Shown here one piece after another: positions 1 through 11,300 of a DNA stretch of 49,820 nucleotides; position 1 is the first letter of the stretch, and the number at the start of each line of letters is the position of its first letter. Both the position numbers and the translations under genes were made by a program. The notes under the pieces are model-generated. The model saw only the letters and a list, made by a program, of their open reading frames with translations, was not told the DNA's origin and did no database searches. This stretch comes from a virus (Duplodnaviria > Caudoviricetes): the IMG/VR virus record IMGVR_UViG_3300030037_000007, positions 1 through 49,820 of that record; one strand, 5' to 3'.

Positions 1-2
1 TC

Positions 3-1013
3 TTTGCTCAAATGGGCATATCTATTGCAGATGCAAATGGTAGGGCGCGCTCAACTCTTCAGATATTGCCCGAATTATCAAACGCATTTCAAAGCCTAAA
101 CCGTCAAGAATCCGCCGCTATTGGTAAAAAGCTCGGTCTTGATAATGCAACTATATTGCTATTGCAAAACGGCAACAAAGAATTAGACAAGCTTCTTGCT
201 AGGCAAAAACAGCTAGGAGTTATCACCAAGGAAGACGCAAAAATAGCGGCAGAATTCAACGATAGCCTTAGCGATATGACGCGATCATTGAACGCATTAG
301 GGCGGATTCTTGTCATTGATGCCATACCGTTTATCAACATGTTTCTTGATGCCATTACAGAAACAATTCTATTTTTAAAACAAAACGAAGCCTTTGCAGT
401 GGCATTCTTTGGTGCAATTGGTACGGCTATAAGTGTTTTATTAATACCTAAGTTGGTCGCAGCTATAGCCTTGATTGCCCCATTTCTTGGCATTGCAGCG
501 GCGGCTATAACCATTGCAGGGGCTTTCGCTCTTGCAGCCGATGACGTTTATAACTTCCTACAGGGTAACAAGTCAGTAATAGGGGAGCTTTCCAAGAGTT
601 GGCCAATTGTTGGCAAGATCATAGAAGCCGTTACTGATGCTATGGCGTTCGCTTTCTCTTCTCCCATTGAAAAACTCAAAACAATGAAAGAGATAGTAGA
701 GGGCATTAGGAATGCATGGAAAGACCTTAAGGACAGCATAAGCAGCCAAGGCATAGAAAAGGTTTTTGATGATGCTGTATTGGCAGGTAAGGCGCTTATA
801 GGCATTAGCTCAACGGCACCTATCAATAACCAGACAGCCAACACCATATCAAACAGCGCAACCCGTGGCGGCGATAGAACCATAAAGTTTGGTGATGTTA
901 ATGTTGATGCTAGTGGTGGAGGAAGTGAAACATCGGGGCGCGTAATGGGTCGAGCAATGCAAAGAGAATTAAGGCGTGCAGTTGATAAATTTGATGATGG
1001 AGTCCAAGCATGA
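3..1013 (+). CDS. Tail tape measure protein, C-terminal part (5' truncated by window edge)
   Basis: Frame is open from base 3. Ala/Leu/Ile-rich helical protein with a hydrophobic stretch, directly upstream of the baseplate genes. Confidence 0.85.
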   Translation, partial: FAQMGISIADANGRARSTLQILPELSNAFQSLNRQESAAIGKKLGLDNATILLLQNGNKELDKLLARQKQLGVITKEDAKIAAEFNDSLSDMTRSLNALGRILVIDAIPFINMFLDAITETILFLKQNEAFAVAFFGAIGTAISVLLIPKLVAAIALIAPFLGIAAAAITIAGAFALAADDVYNFLQGNKSVIGELSKSWPIVGKIIEAVTDAMAFAFSSPIEKLKTMKEIVEGIRNAWKDLKDSISSQGIEKVFDDAVLAGKALIGISSTAPINNQTANTISNSATRGGDRTIKFGDVNVDASGGGSETSGRVMGRAMQRELRRAVDKFDDGVQA

Positions 1014-1537
1014 CCACATTAAGTACATTAATCCCAACGGCGGCTAGTGATGTCATAGGGATTTTTGACCAGCAAGGCAATCAAGTATTAGCTAATGCAA
1101 GGCCAACGGGCGTCACTGTTAATCGTGACTCTCTCAAGTTTACGCACCCATTAGAAAACAACACGTCAAGAGCAGACGGCAAAGTAATATTACCAAATAT
1201 AATTACGTACAGCGTTGTTTTGCAGGCTGGAGATTACGAAGCCACCTATTCGGAAATTAACCGATATTACCTAAGTAGCGAGGAATTAATTGTACAGACA
1301 AAGGCCCGCTCATTTGGCCGAATGATTGTAAAATCAATGCCCCATAGCGAAGACCCGCAATTATTTGATGCTATTGTGGTCGATATAACGCTAGAAGAAA
1401 CACAGATAGCCACGACGTTAACGGTTGCCAATAACGAGGCATTTTCAACGACCAACAGGGGTCAGGTACAACCGCAAACGCCCAGCACAGACCAGGGAAA
1501 CCAGGGCTCGGTTCTATTTCAATTGTTTGGAGGCTAG
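1010..1537 (+). CDS. Baseplate / tail tube initiator (Dit-like) protein
   Basis: ATGA overlap with the tape measure gene. HPLEN..RADGK..LP motif typical of the post-TMP gene in Bcep781/AP22-like myoviruses. Confidence 0.7.
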   Translation: MTTLSTLIPTAASDVIGIFDQQGNQVLANARPTGVTVNRDSLKFTHPLENNTSRADGKVILPNIITYSVVLQAGDYEATYSEINRYYLSSEELIVQTKARSFGRMIVKSMPHSEDPQLFDAIVVDITLEETQIATTLTVANNEAFSTTNRGQVQPQTPSTDQGNQGSVLFQLFGG

Positions 1538-1539
1538 AA

Positions 1540-1854
1540 GTGTCAGAGATTCTTGAATTAAGACGAATTAAAAGTCAGCGCGTGTCTATTCGATTGGGTG
1601 CCAACTTGTACGACTTTCGGGTATATAGCGTACCCGGAGGAATGGCCTTCGATATGATACGCGATGAAGTGCTAATGCTATCCGGCTTTCGTATCGTTCC
1701 AGGCACACCATTGATACCGTACCAGCATTTAGAATCAGGTAATTTTATGCTGATTATTCCTAATGATGAATTGCCAGATTATAACCAATTCGGACTAACC
1801 CAAAATTTAATATATCTCAGTGACGCTGAATTGGTGGCTATACGTGGCGTTTGA
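1540..1854 (+). CDS. Small baseplate (plug-like) protein
   Basis: Synteny. GTPLIPYQHLE.GNF...PDY.QFG.TQ.L.Y motif. Confidence 0.65.
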   Translation: MSEILELRRIKSQRVSIRLGANLYDFRVYSVPGGMAFDMIRDEVLMLSGFRIVPGTPLIPYQHLESGNFMLIIPNDELPDYNQFGLTQNLIYLSDAELVAIRGV

Positions 1855-2671
1855 TGATCGATTGTTGCGTGTTGGCATTGAGATAGACGGCAGGGTCAAT
1901 ATCTATGAAGGGTTGGCCATTACTGTTGTGGGATCTAAATTTGCCAGCATAACGCAGAATGAAACGGTTATAACAATAGCCAATTTAAACAAAGAAGTTC
2001 GCGATTACCTGCTAACAGAAGGGACGCCATTCAGACGGTTAACTAATCGCAGGCGAATAAGAATATTCGTTGAAGCTGGAAGGCAGTCTTACGGTTACGT
2101 GCGCGTATTTGAGGGCGACATAACAACCACCACGCCGTCACAGCCGCCAGATATAACTATTACAATCAACGCCCTAACGTCACAACACAGCAAGGGCGAT
2201 ATTGTGAACGCGTCAGTTCCAACAGTTGCCAGTATTAAACAGATAGCAGCACAGGCGGCTACCTCGCTAGGCGTAAACCTTGATTTTTTGGCAACAGATA
2301 AGAACATTTCAAACTATCGTTATGATGGATCAGCAGCCGGTCAGCTTAGCAAGATTAACGACTTTGGCGGGCTTGATGTATTTGTTGATGACGATACGCT
2401 TGTCGTTAAAGATAAGAACGTGCCACGACCAGGAACAACCAGGGTTTTAAACCTCAATACAGGTCTAGTAGGCATACCCGTTTTTACAGAATTTGGTATC
2501 AAGGTGCTATTTCTATTTGATGGTTTTACCGGGCTAGGTTCAAGATTGCAGATTGAAAGCGAAATATACCCAGCGGCCAACGGAACGTATACCATATATA
2601 GACTAGGATTCGATCTTGCAAACAGAGACGTACCATTTTACCTATTAGCAGAGGCGCGAAGAATTGGCTAA
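1844..2671 (+). CDS. Baseplate hub protein
   Basis: ITIANL, VEAG and VFEGDI motifs. Lies before the spike gene. GTG at 1844 preferred as start over 1820. Confidence 0.75.
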   Translation: MAFDDRLLRVGIEIDGRVNIYEGLAITVVGSKFASITQNETVITIANLNKEVRDYLLTEGTPFRRLTNRRRIRIFVEAGRQSYGYVRVFEGDITTTTPSQPPDITITINALTSQHSKGDIVNASVPTVASIKQIAAQAATSLGVNLDFLATDKNISNYRYDGSAAGQLSKINDFGGLDVFVDDDTLVVKDKNVPRPGTTRVLNLNTGLVGIPVFTEFGIKVLFLFDGFTGLGSRLQIESEIYPAANGTYTIYRLGFDLANRDVPFYLLAEARRIG

Positions 2672-3398
2672 CGTTGCACCCAGTATTGACCCAGCAGACA
2701 GCGAAGACTTTGCAGGCGCGTTACGTCAGATAATGCAAAAATTCCTTGCTCAGTCTGTAGATGATATGTTGCCGGTTATGGTCATATCGTTTGACGAAGA
2801 CAAGAACGAGGCGCGCGTCAAGCCATTGATTCAAATTTTGGATACTGGCGGAAACCTAACAAGCCGTGGACAGTTCACCGTTCCCGTTTTCAGCTTTGGG
2901 GGTGGCGGTGCGTTAATGCGGTTCAGGTTAAAGCCCAATGACTTAGGCTGGATAAAGGCCAATGACAGGGACATATCCCTATTCTTGCAAGGCTTGAAAG
3001 AGTCAGCCCCGAACACATTACGCAAGCATCAATTCGAGGACGCCGTATTATTCCCTGATTCAATGCGAACATTTACCGCGTCACAAGAAGACAAAGACGA
3101 CAACGCGCTTGCAGTTTTCCAAACGTCCGACGGCTCTATAAAATTGTCGATATTAGAAACAGGGTTTAAAATGCGGGGCAACCTAGAATTAATCGGAGAC
3201 TTCACGCACACGGGTGACACAATGCACACGGGCGATACGGATCATGTGGGCGCGGTTTCAGCTAGCGGGCTTATTCATTCCGATGTTGACGTGACCGCAA
3301 CAATGACAAACACGTCATTGATAGGCCATGATCATGATTATGTTGATACTCAGAACGGCGCACCATCAACCGCAACAACAGACCCGACAAACCCATAG
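2664..3398 (+). CDS. Central spike protein (Gp138/gpV-like)
   Basis: OB-fold-like N-terminus (ARVKP, VPVF, ANDRDIS), beta-helix repeats GDFTHTGDTMHTGDTDH, and a C-terminal HxH metal-binding tip (HDH). Confidence 0.85.
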   Translation: MANVAPSIDPADSEDFAGALRQIMQKFLAQSVDDMLPVMVISFDEDKNEARVKPLIQILDTGGNLTSRGQFTVPVFSFGGGGALMRFRLKPNDLGWIKANDRDISLFLQGLKESAPNTLRKHQFEDAVLFPDSMRTFTASQEDKDDNALAVFQTSDGSIKLSILETGFKMRGNLELIGDFTHTGDTMHTGDTDHVGAVSASGLIHSDVDVTATMTNTSLIGHDHDYVDTQNGAPSTATTDPTNP

Positions 3399-3405
3399 GT
3401 GAGAT

Positions 3406-3759
3406 ATGCCGTTAACATTTCAAACAGATAGTAACAATGATTTGATGCTTGGAAACGATAGCAACATATCGATGATTTCAGGCCTTGATGCTGTTGTCCA
3501 ACAGTGTGAGGAATTAATGGAGACCGTATTAGGCGAATTAATTTATGATCAAACCAGAGGCATAGATTACGAGAACACAGCATGGGCGGGCAACCCTGAT
3601 TTAGTAAAATTTGAACGTCAGGCACGAGCGCAACTGTTGAGCGTGGAAACCGTAGAAAACATTGGAACCTTTACTGTAGAAATAGTAGGGGACGTTTTGA
3701 CCTATCGCGCTATAATTGATTCAACACTTGGCACCGGAACCTTAACTAATGGCCTATAA
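3406..3759 (+). CDS. Baseplate wedge / sheath initiator (gp25/gp46-like)
   Basis: Between spike and baseplate J. LGELIYDQTRGIDY motif. RBS AGGTGAG. Confidence 0.7.
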   Translation: MPLTFQTDSNNDLMLGNDSNISMISGLDAVVQQCEELMETVLGELIYDQTRGIDYENTAWAGNPDLVKFERQARAQLLSVETVENIGTFTVEIVGDVLTYRAIIDSTLGTGTLTNGL

Positions 3760-4942
3760 CTACCTAAATAATACGGGAACCATCGTACCAGATGAAAGCG
3801 CCGTATTAGCCGAAGTACAGCAAGAGTATAGAGACGCATTTGGCGCAAATCTTGACGTGTCCGAAACAGGGCCAGCGGGTAAATTCATAGCGTCTGAGGT
3901 CAAGTCAAGAATAGGCGTTGCTCAAAACAACGCTAACATGGCCAATCAGTTAAATCCCAACTTATCAGAGGGTACGTTTTTTGATGCTGCATGGGCATTG
4001 CTTGGCGGATCACGAATACCGGAATCAAACTCTACCTTTACCATTCCGCCAGTTTTAACGGGTGTCGCTGGAACGATTATACCGGCAGGGGCTATTGCAG
4101 AATCAGGCAACAATAGATTTGTATCTATATCGTCGGTAACGCTTGATTCGTCCGGTAATGGATCGGTTGGTTTTCAGTCAGAATTAACGGGGGCAATTAC
4201 CGCGCCGGTTGGAACATTGACCAGCATAGTCACTTCTGTAATTGGATGGGAGACGATCAACAACACGGTTGCAGCAACGCCAGGAACAGTCAGAGAATCA
4301 GGAGCACCAGCAAGACAGAGGCGACGCGACACAGTTGGTCTAAACGCTAGAACGGGCGGACAGGCTATTGTTGCAGCACTTCGTAATGCGGGCGTTGCTT
4401 CGTTACAGTATCGGCAAAACATTTTTCCTACCACGCAAACAATTGACACTATCGTAATGGTTAGAAATTCCGTTTATGTCTGCGTTGACGGTGGCACCGA
4501 TGAAGCGGTGGGTCGCGCTCTTCTTTCAAAGTCAGCAGGCCAGGCTTTCAACGGCTCTCAATCGGTAACGGTCACAGACCCAAATAGCAGCGGGACACAG
4601 CCATACGTTATAAACTTTGACAGAACCACAGGGGACGCCGTTTTAATTCGCGTTACCGCAAGAGTTCCAACGTCAGTCAATGACCCCATAGCAACAGTTA
4701 GGCAGGCCGTTATTGATTACTCTAATGGATTGATAGGGGATAGCGGCGGCTTCATTACTGGTCAGAATGTAGCGCCTTTTGAAATCGGTGCAGCAATAAA
4801 TATGCAAAGCCCTTTGGTTTCTCTTCAAAATGTTGAGATATCCAACAAGGCGGTTGTCTCTTATTCTAATGCGGTCTACCCAGTTGCTATAAATGTTAAA
4901 GCGACAGTATTACCGGCTGACATATCGGTAACGCTACTATGA
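3749..4942 (+). CDS. Baseplate J/gp47-like wedge protein
   Basis: LTG.AGT.IPAG, GAITAPVG.LT.I.T...GW..I.N and G..RES....R.RR motifs. Confidence 0.9.
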   Translation: MAYNYLNNTGTIVPDESAVLAEVQQEYRDAFGANLDVSETGPAGKFIASEVKSRIGVAQNNANMANQLNPNLSEGTFFDAAWALLGGSRIPESNSTFTIPPVLTGVAGTIIPAGAIAESGNNRFVSISSVTLDSSGNGSVGFQSELTGAITAPVGTLTSIVTSVIGWETINNTVAATPGTVRESGAPARQRRRDTVGLNARTGGQAIVAALRNAGVASLQYRQNIFPTTQTIDTIVMVRNSVYVCVDGGTDEAVGRALLSKSAGQAFNGSQSVTVTDPNSSGTQPYVINFDRTTGDAVLIRVTARVPTSVNDPIATVRQAVIDYSNGLIGDSGGFITGQNVAPFEIGAAINMQSPLVSLQNVEISNKAVVSYSNAVYPVAINVKATVLPADISVTLL

Positions 4943-6771
4943 CAGGTATAAAGACGTTCGATTATTCTATTGATGTATTGCGCCCGTTGCAGTGGAAAGA
5001 GAATGCAGCGGAAAAAATTCACGCATTGCTTCAAAATAAACAGACATGGCTAGACCAGAATCACACCCAATTTTGGCAAAACTTCGAGACTGATATTTTT
5101 GATCTTCGAACAGCTAACAATTTCGGCCTTGCGGTGTGGTCTATTATTCTTGATTTTCCAGTATTCCTTAACCCTGGCTCAACGTCGTTTACTAACAATT
5201 GGGGCTTTGGCAATTTCAGAAGAAACTTTAATAATGCAAACTTTAACTCGTCATCAACGGCAAGCACAGAAGATCAGGCGCTATCAACCGAGCAGCTAAG
5301 GCTTGCTTTGCGCCTTTGGTTTTATCGGCTGCATATGGACGGTTCAGTAACGCAGACAAACGCCATATTAAAAGATCTGTTTGGCCATTTAGGGCCAGCG
5401 TATGTTCAAGATAATTTGGATATGACGATAACTTTTAAGTTTGACTTTGCTTTACCGGCGTCATTTTTAACCGTTGTCGAGCAAGATGCGATAATGCCAA
5501 TAGCGCCGGGTGTAAATGCTAACGTCGTATATTCGCCGCCGCATACAAATAACGGTTCGTTCTCCGCGTTCGGTAACTATGGCGGTAACTCTATACGTGG
5601 CATTCACGCTTACTCAACCCTTGATCAAATAGACGCCATTGACCAAAACACAGAAAGGCTTTACACGTCTACGGGCGGGAATGACTTCACGTTTGTTTCT
5701 GTAGACCCATCAAATCCGTTTAGCCTAGCCGTAAATGAGGTTACAGGGGATAAGTGGATAACAGATCTTTCTACCAACCTTGTATATAAGCAGTCACTTG
5801 GGGTGGGGCCGTGGGTAGCAACAGGTGGATATCTTGGTGGTAACTCTGCAAACAATGTAAACGCCATAGCTGTAAATGGTGTTAACGGTGACGTGTGGGC
5901 AGTATCTAAAGATACAGATTTGGTTTACAAGCTTGTTGGCGGGATTGGAGCATGGATTGAGGTTGGAAGCTTTTCCGGCACTCAGCCCAATTCTATAGCC
6001 GTCAACATGACAAGCGGCGATATATGGGTGGTGGATTCTAGCGGTGGTGGTGCTTGGCTTCTTTCCGAGGGTACCGGAACATTTTCACAGTTTGGATCTT
6101 TCCCTGGTAATTCTGGTTTAGTTGCTGTTGACAATTCTAACAGCGACGTTTGGGTGATGAGACAGGACGCCTCAGACAGGAGGCTATACCTTCTATCTGA
6201 AAGCCAAGGAACTTTTTCGGCAGTTGGAACTTACCCAGGAAACGGCCCAATAGACATTTCTGTTGATAGCTCAAATGGAGATATATTTGTATCAAACACT
6301 TTTGGGTTTACAGCGATAGTTTATAAATCACCAGGAGTAAGCACTATAGTTACAGGAATATGGGGCGAGACTTTATGGAACGTTAACTCTATAAATGGCC
6401 ACTCTTGGAACGGTGCAGGCGACGAACTAACATTTACTAATGCTGGCGGAAACGCAACCGGCAACAACATACAAGTAATTTCTGCCGCTACAACACAAGG
6501 CCATGTTGCCGAAAACGTAGAGATTGACATTGTTACGTCCGCAACAGGTGGCTTTGGCGATGAGCTAACAGTTACTATAGAAACGTCTACGGGCGAAACT
6601 ACACAGGTTTTACTGTACCCAGACGGAACGGGAACAGCTCAAGGAGGCGGGTTGTTCTTGTATACGTTGGTATTTACACAGGCAGGATTTACAGGTGATT
6701 TCGACCAGGTAACGTTCTTCCAAAATAATACACAGACGACTTTCGTTGTTAACGACGTTAGATTTGCATAG
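4939..6771 (+). CDS. DUF2612-like baseplate wedge protein with fused C-terminal beta-propeller and beta-sandwich
   Basis: First ~200 aa carry IFDLRTANNFGLAVWSIIL and YVQDNLDMT. These are followed by ~43-aa G.(Y/F)PG..P..IAV...GD(V/I)WV blade repeats. Confidence 0.75.
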   Translation: MTGIKTFDYSIDVLRPLQWKENAAEKIHALLQNKQTWLDQNHTQFWQNFETDIFDLRTANNFGLAVWSIILDFPVFLNPGSTSFTNNWGFGNFRRNFNNANFNSSSTASTEDQALSTEQLRLALRLWFYRLHMDGSVTQTNAILKDLFGHLGPAYVQDNLDMTITFKFDFALPASFLTVVEQDAIMPIAPGVNANVVYSPPHTNNGSFSAFGNYGGNSIRGIHAYSTLDQIDAIDQNTERLYTSTGGNDFTFVSVDPSNPFSLAVNEVTGDKWITDLSTNLVYKQSLGVGPWVATGGYLGGNSANNVNAIAVNGVNGDVWAVSKDTDLVYKLVGGIGAWIEVGSFSGTQPNSIAVNMTSGDIWVVDSSGGGAWLLSEGTGTFSQFGSFPGNSGLVAVDNSNSDVWVMRQDASDRRLYLLSESQGTFSAVGTYPGNGPIDISVDSSNGDIFVSNTFGFTAIVYKSPGVSTIVTGIWGETLWNVNSINGHSWNGAGDELTFTNAGGNATGNNIQVISAATTQGHVAENVEIDIVTSATGGFGDELTVTIETSTGETTQVLLYPDGTGTAQGGGLFLYTLVFTQAGFTGDFDQVTFFQNNTQTTFVVNDVRFA

Positions 6772-6780
6772 GGTGAGAAA

Positions 6781-8328
6781 ATGACAGCAGAATTTAGTTG
6801 GTATAGGTACCGGTTTGGCGAGAATGGCAATGTTTCTGCCGTTCCAGATACAGCGCAAGGTGGTGGAGAGCTAAGTCTACAGGAAGGCTGGGGGTCTGAT
6901 TATGACCTTGATTTGGCAACACAGTCCAACGCCAAAGCAATATCACGAACGCAGCACAACCAGCTATGGCAAGGCATAACGGGGAATATAAATTTCTGGC
7001 AGCAAAACCTATACCCATTGTATACACCAGCAGCAAGCAATGGAGGTGTAGCGGTTGCATATCCTTTTGGCACTCGCGTTCGGTTTGATGCCGGGTCAGG
7101 GTTAAATGTTTACGAAGTTATCAATGCATCCGGTACTAATTCACTACCAAGCAGCGCGGCTAATTGGGTTCTAGTAAGTGCGGCATATCCAAGAAGCGGA
7201 ACAGCAGGAAGCCAGCAAAGAACCAATTCACAGAACGATTCAAGATTTTTGATTGGTGGTACTGCCGGCACACAGATAAGAAACAACACGCAGAATGACG
7301 CTAGATTTGGAATAACTGGAACGGCAGCGTCACAGGTTAGAACCAACTCACAGAATGAGGCGTATTTTCAGGACACGGGAGACCATGTGCCTTCTGGTAA
7401 CAGTGCAGGAATGTTGGCTCGCGGCTTTACTCTTGCGGGTATTCCGGCGCTTGCTAGGCCTGTCTATACCTTCTCGGCCTTTGCCACTCTTGGAACTGGA
7501 TACCCAGGAACCATACCTCTAGCCGTTGCTGTTAATAGCTCGAATAACGATGTTTTTGCGTGCGATGGCGGAAACGATACGGTTTATAAATTAACTGGCG
7601 GGTCAGGTGCGTGGGCGGCAATAGGATCTTACCCAGGATCATTACCAGGCACCATAGCAGTAAACCCGAATAACGGTGACGTTTTTGTTGGCGATCTTGG
7701 AGGAACTTTGTACCGCCTACCTGGCGGATCAGGTTCGTTTATAGTTCACGGTTCATACCCAGAATCAAACATTGCAGATATGACAATAAACGTCTCTACG
7801 GGGGCATTGTGGTTTGTTAGCAGCACGTCAACACCGTCAGACTCAGCGGTCTACAGAATGGATAGTGGAACGTCCGTATTCACGTCTGTAGGACGCTACC
7901 CAGGGTTAAGGCCTAGTAGAATAGGCGTAGACTCCATTACCGGAACCGTATATGTTGCGGACAATGTGACAGACCAAATCGGAACCACTAACGCCAGGGA
8001 TCAGATTTATGTATTGCAGGAGGGGATTGGTAATTTCAGACCTATCCTAGCCGTTCAATACACTGGCGAGGGTGTCGTGGGCATTTCTGTTGATCCCGGC
8101 AATAGCGATTTATGGATTTCAGGCTCAAGCGAAGGTAACAACCTAAGATCACCGGGCGGCGTTGATGCCTTTGTTGCTGGAGGCGCGCCGGGGAATAGCT
8201 TTGGCGGGCGTATAGCAGTAAACGGCAGCAACGGAACCGTGATAATGGCCGACAATAACGGCAATAGAATCATAGCGTCAACGAGAACAGAAGTTACGCC
8301 AGCCGTGGAATGGTACATACAAACATAA
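6781..8328 (+). CDS. Tail fibre / receptor-binding protein with beta-propeller
   Basis: Bcep781-type fibre N-terminus (FG.NG....VPD..Q..G.LS...G.G.DY), three 20-aa repeats, then propeller blades. Confidence 0.75.
   Translation: MTAEFSWYRYRFGENGNVSAVPDTAQGGGELSLQEGWGSDYDLDLATQSNAKAISRTQHNQLWQGITGNINFWQQNLYPLYTPAASNGGVAVAYPFGTRVRFDAGSGLNVYEVINASGTNSLPSSAANWVLVSAAYPRSGTAGSQQRTNSQNDSRFLIGGTAGTQIRNNTQNDARFGITGTAASQVRTNSQNEAYFQDTGDHVPSGNSAGMLARGFTLAGIPALARPVYTFSAFATLGTGYPGTIPLAVAVNSSNNDVFACDGGNDTVYKLTGGSGAWAAIGSYPGSLPGTIAVNPNNGDVFVGDLGGTLYRLPGGSGSFIVHGSYPESNIADMTINVSTGALWFVSSTSTPSDSAVYRMDSGTSVFTSVGRYPGLRPSRIGVDSITGTVYVADNVTDQIGTTNARDQIYVLQEGIGNFRPILAVQYTGEGVVGISVDPGNSDLWISGSSEGNNLRSPGGVDAFVAGGAPGNSFGGRIAVNGSNGTVIMADNNGNRIIASTRTEVTPAVEWYIQT
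7198..7371 (+). repeat. Three tandem 60-nt coding repeats (GTA(G/A).Q.R(T/N)N.QN(D/E)..F)
   Basis: Units start at 7198, 7258 and 7318. Confidence 0.85.
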
Positions 8329-8356
8329 TGTAAAAATAACAAAAAGTGAGTAGAAA

Positions 8357-11300
8357 ATGGCTAATGTAAACGGATCAGCAGGGGAGGACTGGGCATTAGT
8401 TCACTCCTCCTCGTTTAACGGAATAGTAAGGCTAACGGCGGGGTTTCCTAAAGGTATTGGGTATGTGGGTGCTTCGGCACCTACGCCCACAACCCCAGGC
8501 TTCAGCATTGACAGGGATGGCGAACAGTTGACCATTCCATTCGGAGAATCTTTTTATCTTCGAGCATATCAGGGGAGCGTATCAGTAACCCTTGTTTCTG
8601 TTGGTGGTGCTGGTACTGGCGGCGGTTATCAGGTCTACGAGAAGACGACCAATAACCAGCCCGCAGTATTTACCAGCACGGCAAACAGGGACGCATATTT
8701 TACAGCGCAGGCGAGCGAGCTTGTATCAATCAATAACAGCGGTTTTGCTGTTGGTATCGGTACCGTTGCAGAAGATCCCCAGCAATCAAATATCTCTCAA
8801 TGGCAGGCGAGAATAGAAGGCGCGTGGATTGATGTTGTTACGACCTTGGTTGGTGCTACAGGTGCGCCAGGGGCTAGTGGTAACAGCTACTTCTTTGCTT
8901 CTGATGCACAGCGTGACGCGTTCTTTAGTGTGCCAGCTAACAGGGCATTGCTAGAACATGATCTACCTATAACCGTTAACAATGGCGGTGACGCTGAGAT
9001 TGCGTATTGGACAGGACTAACGGCCCCCGCGTCATATGATTCAAATTTGTGGCGTGCAACCTCGTTAATGGTTCCCGCCGGATCTGTTACGCTTGGAGGC
9101 GTTCGAATTAGTGAGGGTGGCAATGCATTAGTTTTAACTAACGAATCCACAGGGGCGCGTTATTTAGCCCAGGGTAGCCAATTCGATGACACCGGCTCAT
9201 TTCCTACTAATAACTTACCCGTAGTAGCCGCGTTAATTGCCAATCCCCCGCAAAGCGTAGACACAGATACGTTCTCAGGAAATAGGCTAACACTTGGAAT
9301 ACCCGCACCTTCTGACTTCTTGTTAAAAGATTTCGGGTTGAGGTTTAACGGGGCAACTCAAGAGGTAACGGTAAGCGTTCACCCAGGAACCGACGATACA
9401 TTAACGGCTATAGCTACCATAAATTTCAATGCTGTAGACGGCGATAACACGCTACTTTATGACAGTAACCCTAGATTCGTTTCAGGTAGCGATTATTTTA
9501 TTGTCTACGAAACAACCTCCCCTGAGCTTAATATTTTAGGTGACAATAGCGGTGCAGCCTTTGCGCCATATTTCACGTCTAATGTTTGGCCATATTTGGA
9601 AGTTACAGGGGCAAGTTCAGCCAGTAGCGTGACGTTATTCACCGATGTTACGGACGCGGGAAGCGGGCAAATAATAACCGCAGCAGAGCGCACCGAAATA
9701 TCAAACCCAGCCGACAAGATTGTTTATACGGTTGAGCAGTCGGCATCGTTGCCAGCGGGCGCAGTAGATGGCGTGTTTGCACTTGTAACGGTGGGAATTC
9801 CTAGCAGCCCAAAAGGTATTTATCAGAAAGAGCCTGCCGGTTGGAATATTAATTTAGACGTTTCCGCAACAGTCCTAGCGGTCATTGATAACCTATCGTC
9901 AACCTCTGCAACTGACGCACTATCAGCAAACCAGGGGCGTGCACTAAAATTATTAATAGATAACAACTCAGACTTTACGCAGTTTTCGGCCTTGCGTTCA
10001 ACCTTAACAACGGGCAACGAATTAGATTATGCATTGGTATCGCCAGGAACGAGCGCAGAGCCAGCGGGTGTTTATCGTTCGCTAAGTAGCATATGGGTTT
10101 TAATACTCGATATGTCCACCATTGGCGACCTAAACGTACAACCTGATTGGGATCAAACCGACAATACGCAAGACGATTACATACAGAACAAGCCGTCAAA
10201 TGTAACCCAGATAAGCGTCAACCGATTGGCGCATGGCTTCGCGGTTCTTGATGCTGTTTATTGGGCGGGGGCGTCGTTTCAGTGGCAAAAGGCACAATCT
10301 AACAACCTGTTTACTTCTGCATCTATTGGCATAGTTACAGAGGTTTCAGACGGTAATAATTATGTGATAACTACCAGCGGATTAGTTGAAAACTTTACAA
10401 CTGGTTTGGTCGATGCTGGCACGTATTACCTAAGCCCTTCGCTTGCGGGATTAATAACCACCAGCATTAGCAATCAAGAAGGTGATTTTTTAAAGCGCGT
10501 ACTAACAGGCATCGGCACAACCTCTGCTTATATCCACGATAACGGACACATTCAAAACCTCAATGCATACGTCGACGCAAGCATAAGCGGCCAAAATCTT
10601 ACGCTAGTAAAAAGAGATAATGGGACAACCGTTCTAACATTGCCGTCTAGCGGTGGCGATACAAATGTACAGTCTGATTGGGATCAAACCGACGTTGCGG
10701 CAGATGATTACATTGAGAACAAGCCGACAACGATAACCCAGGCAGAGCGGGACGCAATCGCAAACGCACCACACTTTACCGTATCGGAAACTCATACAGG
10801 ACATGGCTTTAGTGTTGGCGATCCGGTATTTGAAACGGGTTCGAATTTAATACCTTGGGTAACAGCACAGGCAGACTCCAGGCTTCGTAGTTCTGGCGTG
10901 GGCATAGTTGTTGCCGTACCCGATGCCAATAATTACACCATTCAATTTTCAGGCGTAACTAGCGCATTATCTGGAATAACGGACGGCACAGAATACTACC
11001 TAAGCGACACCACACAGGGCGGAATTGTAACGTCAGTACCAACTACGGTCGGTTCATTTATACGGCACATATACACGGGGCTAGAAGGTGGAGACGCCTT
11101 TATACATGACAATACTACGGTTGAGATAAAGGCGGATAACGATACCAATGCGTTGTTTCTTGGTGAGTTCGCAGATTTAGCAACATTGCAGACAGCGCAC
11201 CCAACAGCAGAAACGGGCAGTACGGCAGTTATAACCGCGCTAGATGGGCAACTGTATTACTGGAATGGTACGGCGTGGGCAAATACAAACGCGCTAACAG

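Noticed and set aside
7198-11113. Repeats in fibre genes as a diversity-generating retroelement or invertible cassette
   Set aside because: No reverse transcriptase or invertase was seen. The repeats diverge at all bases rather than only at adenines.
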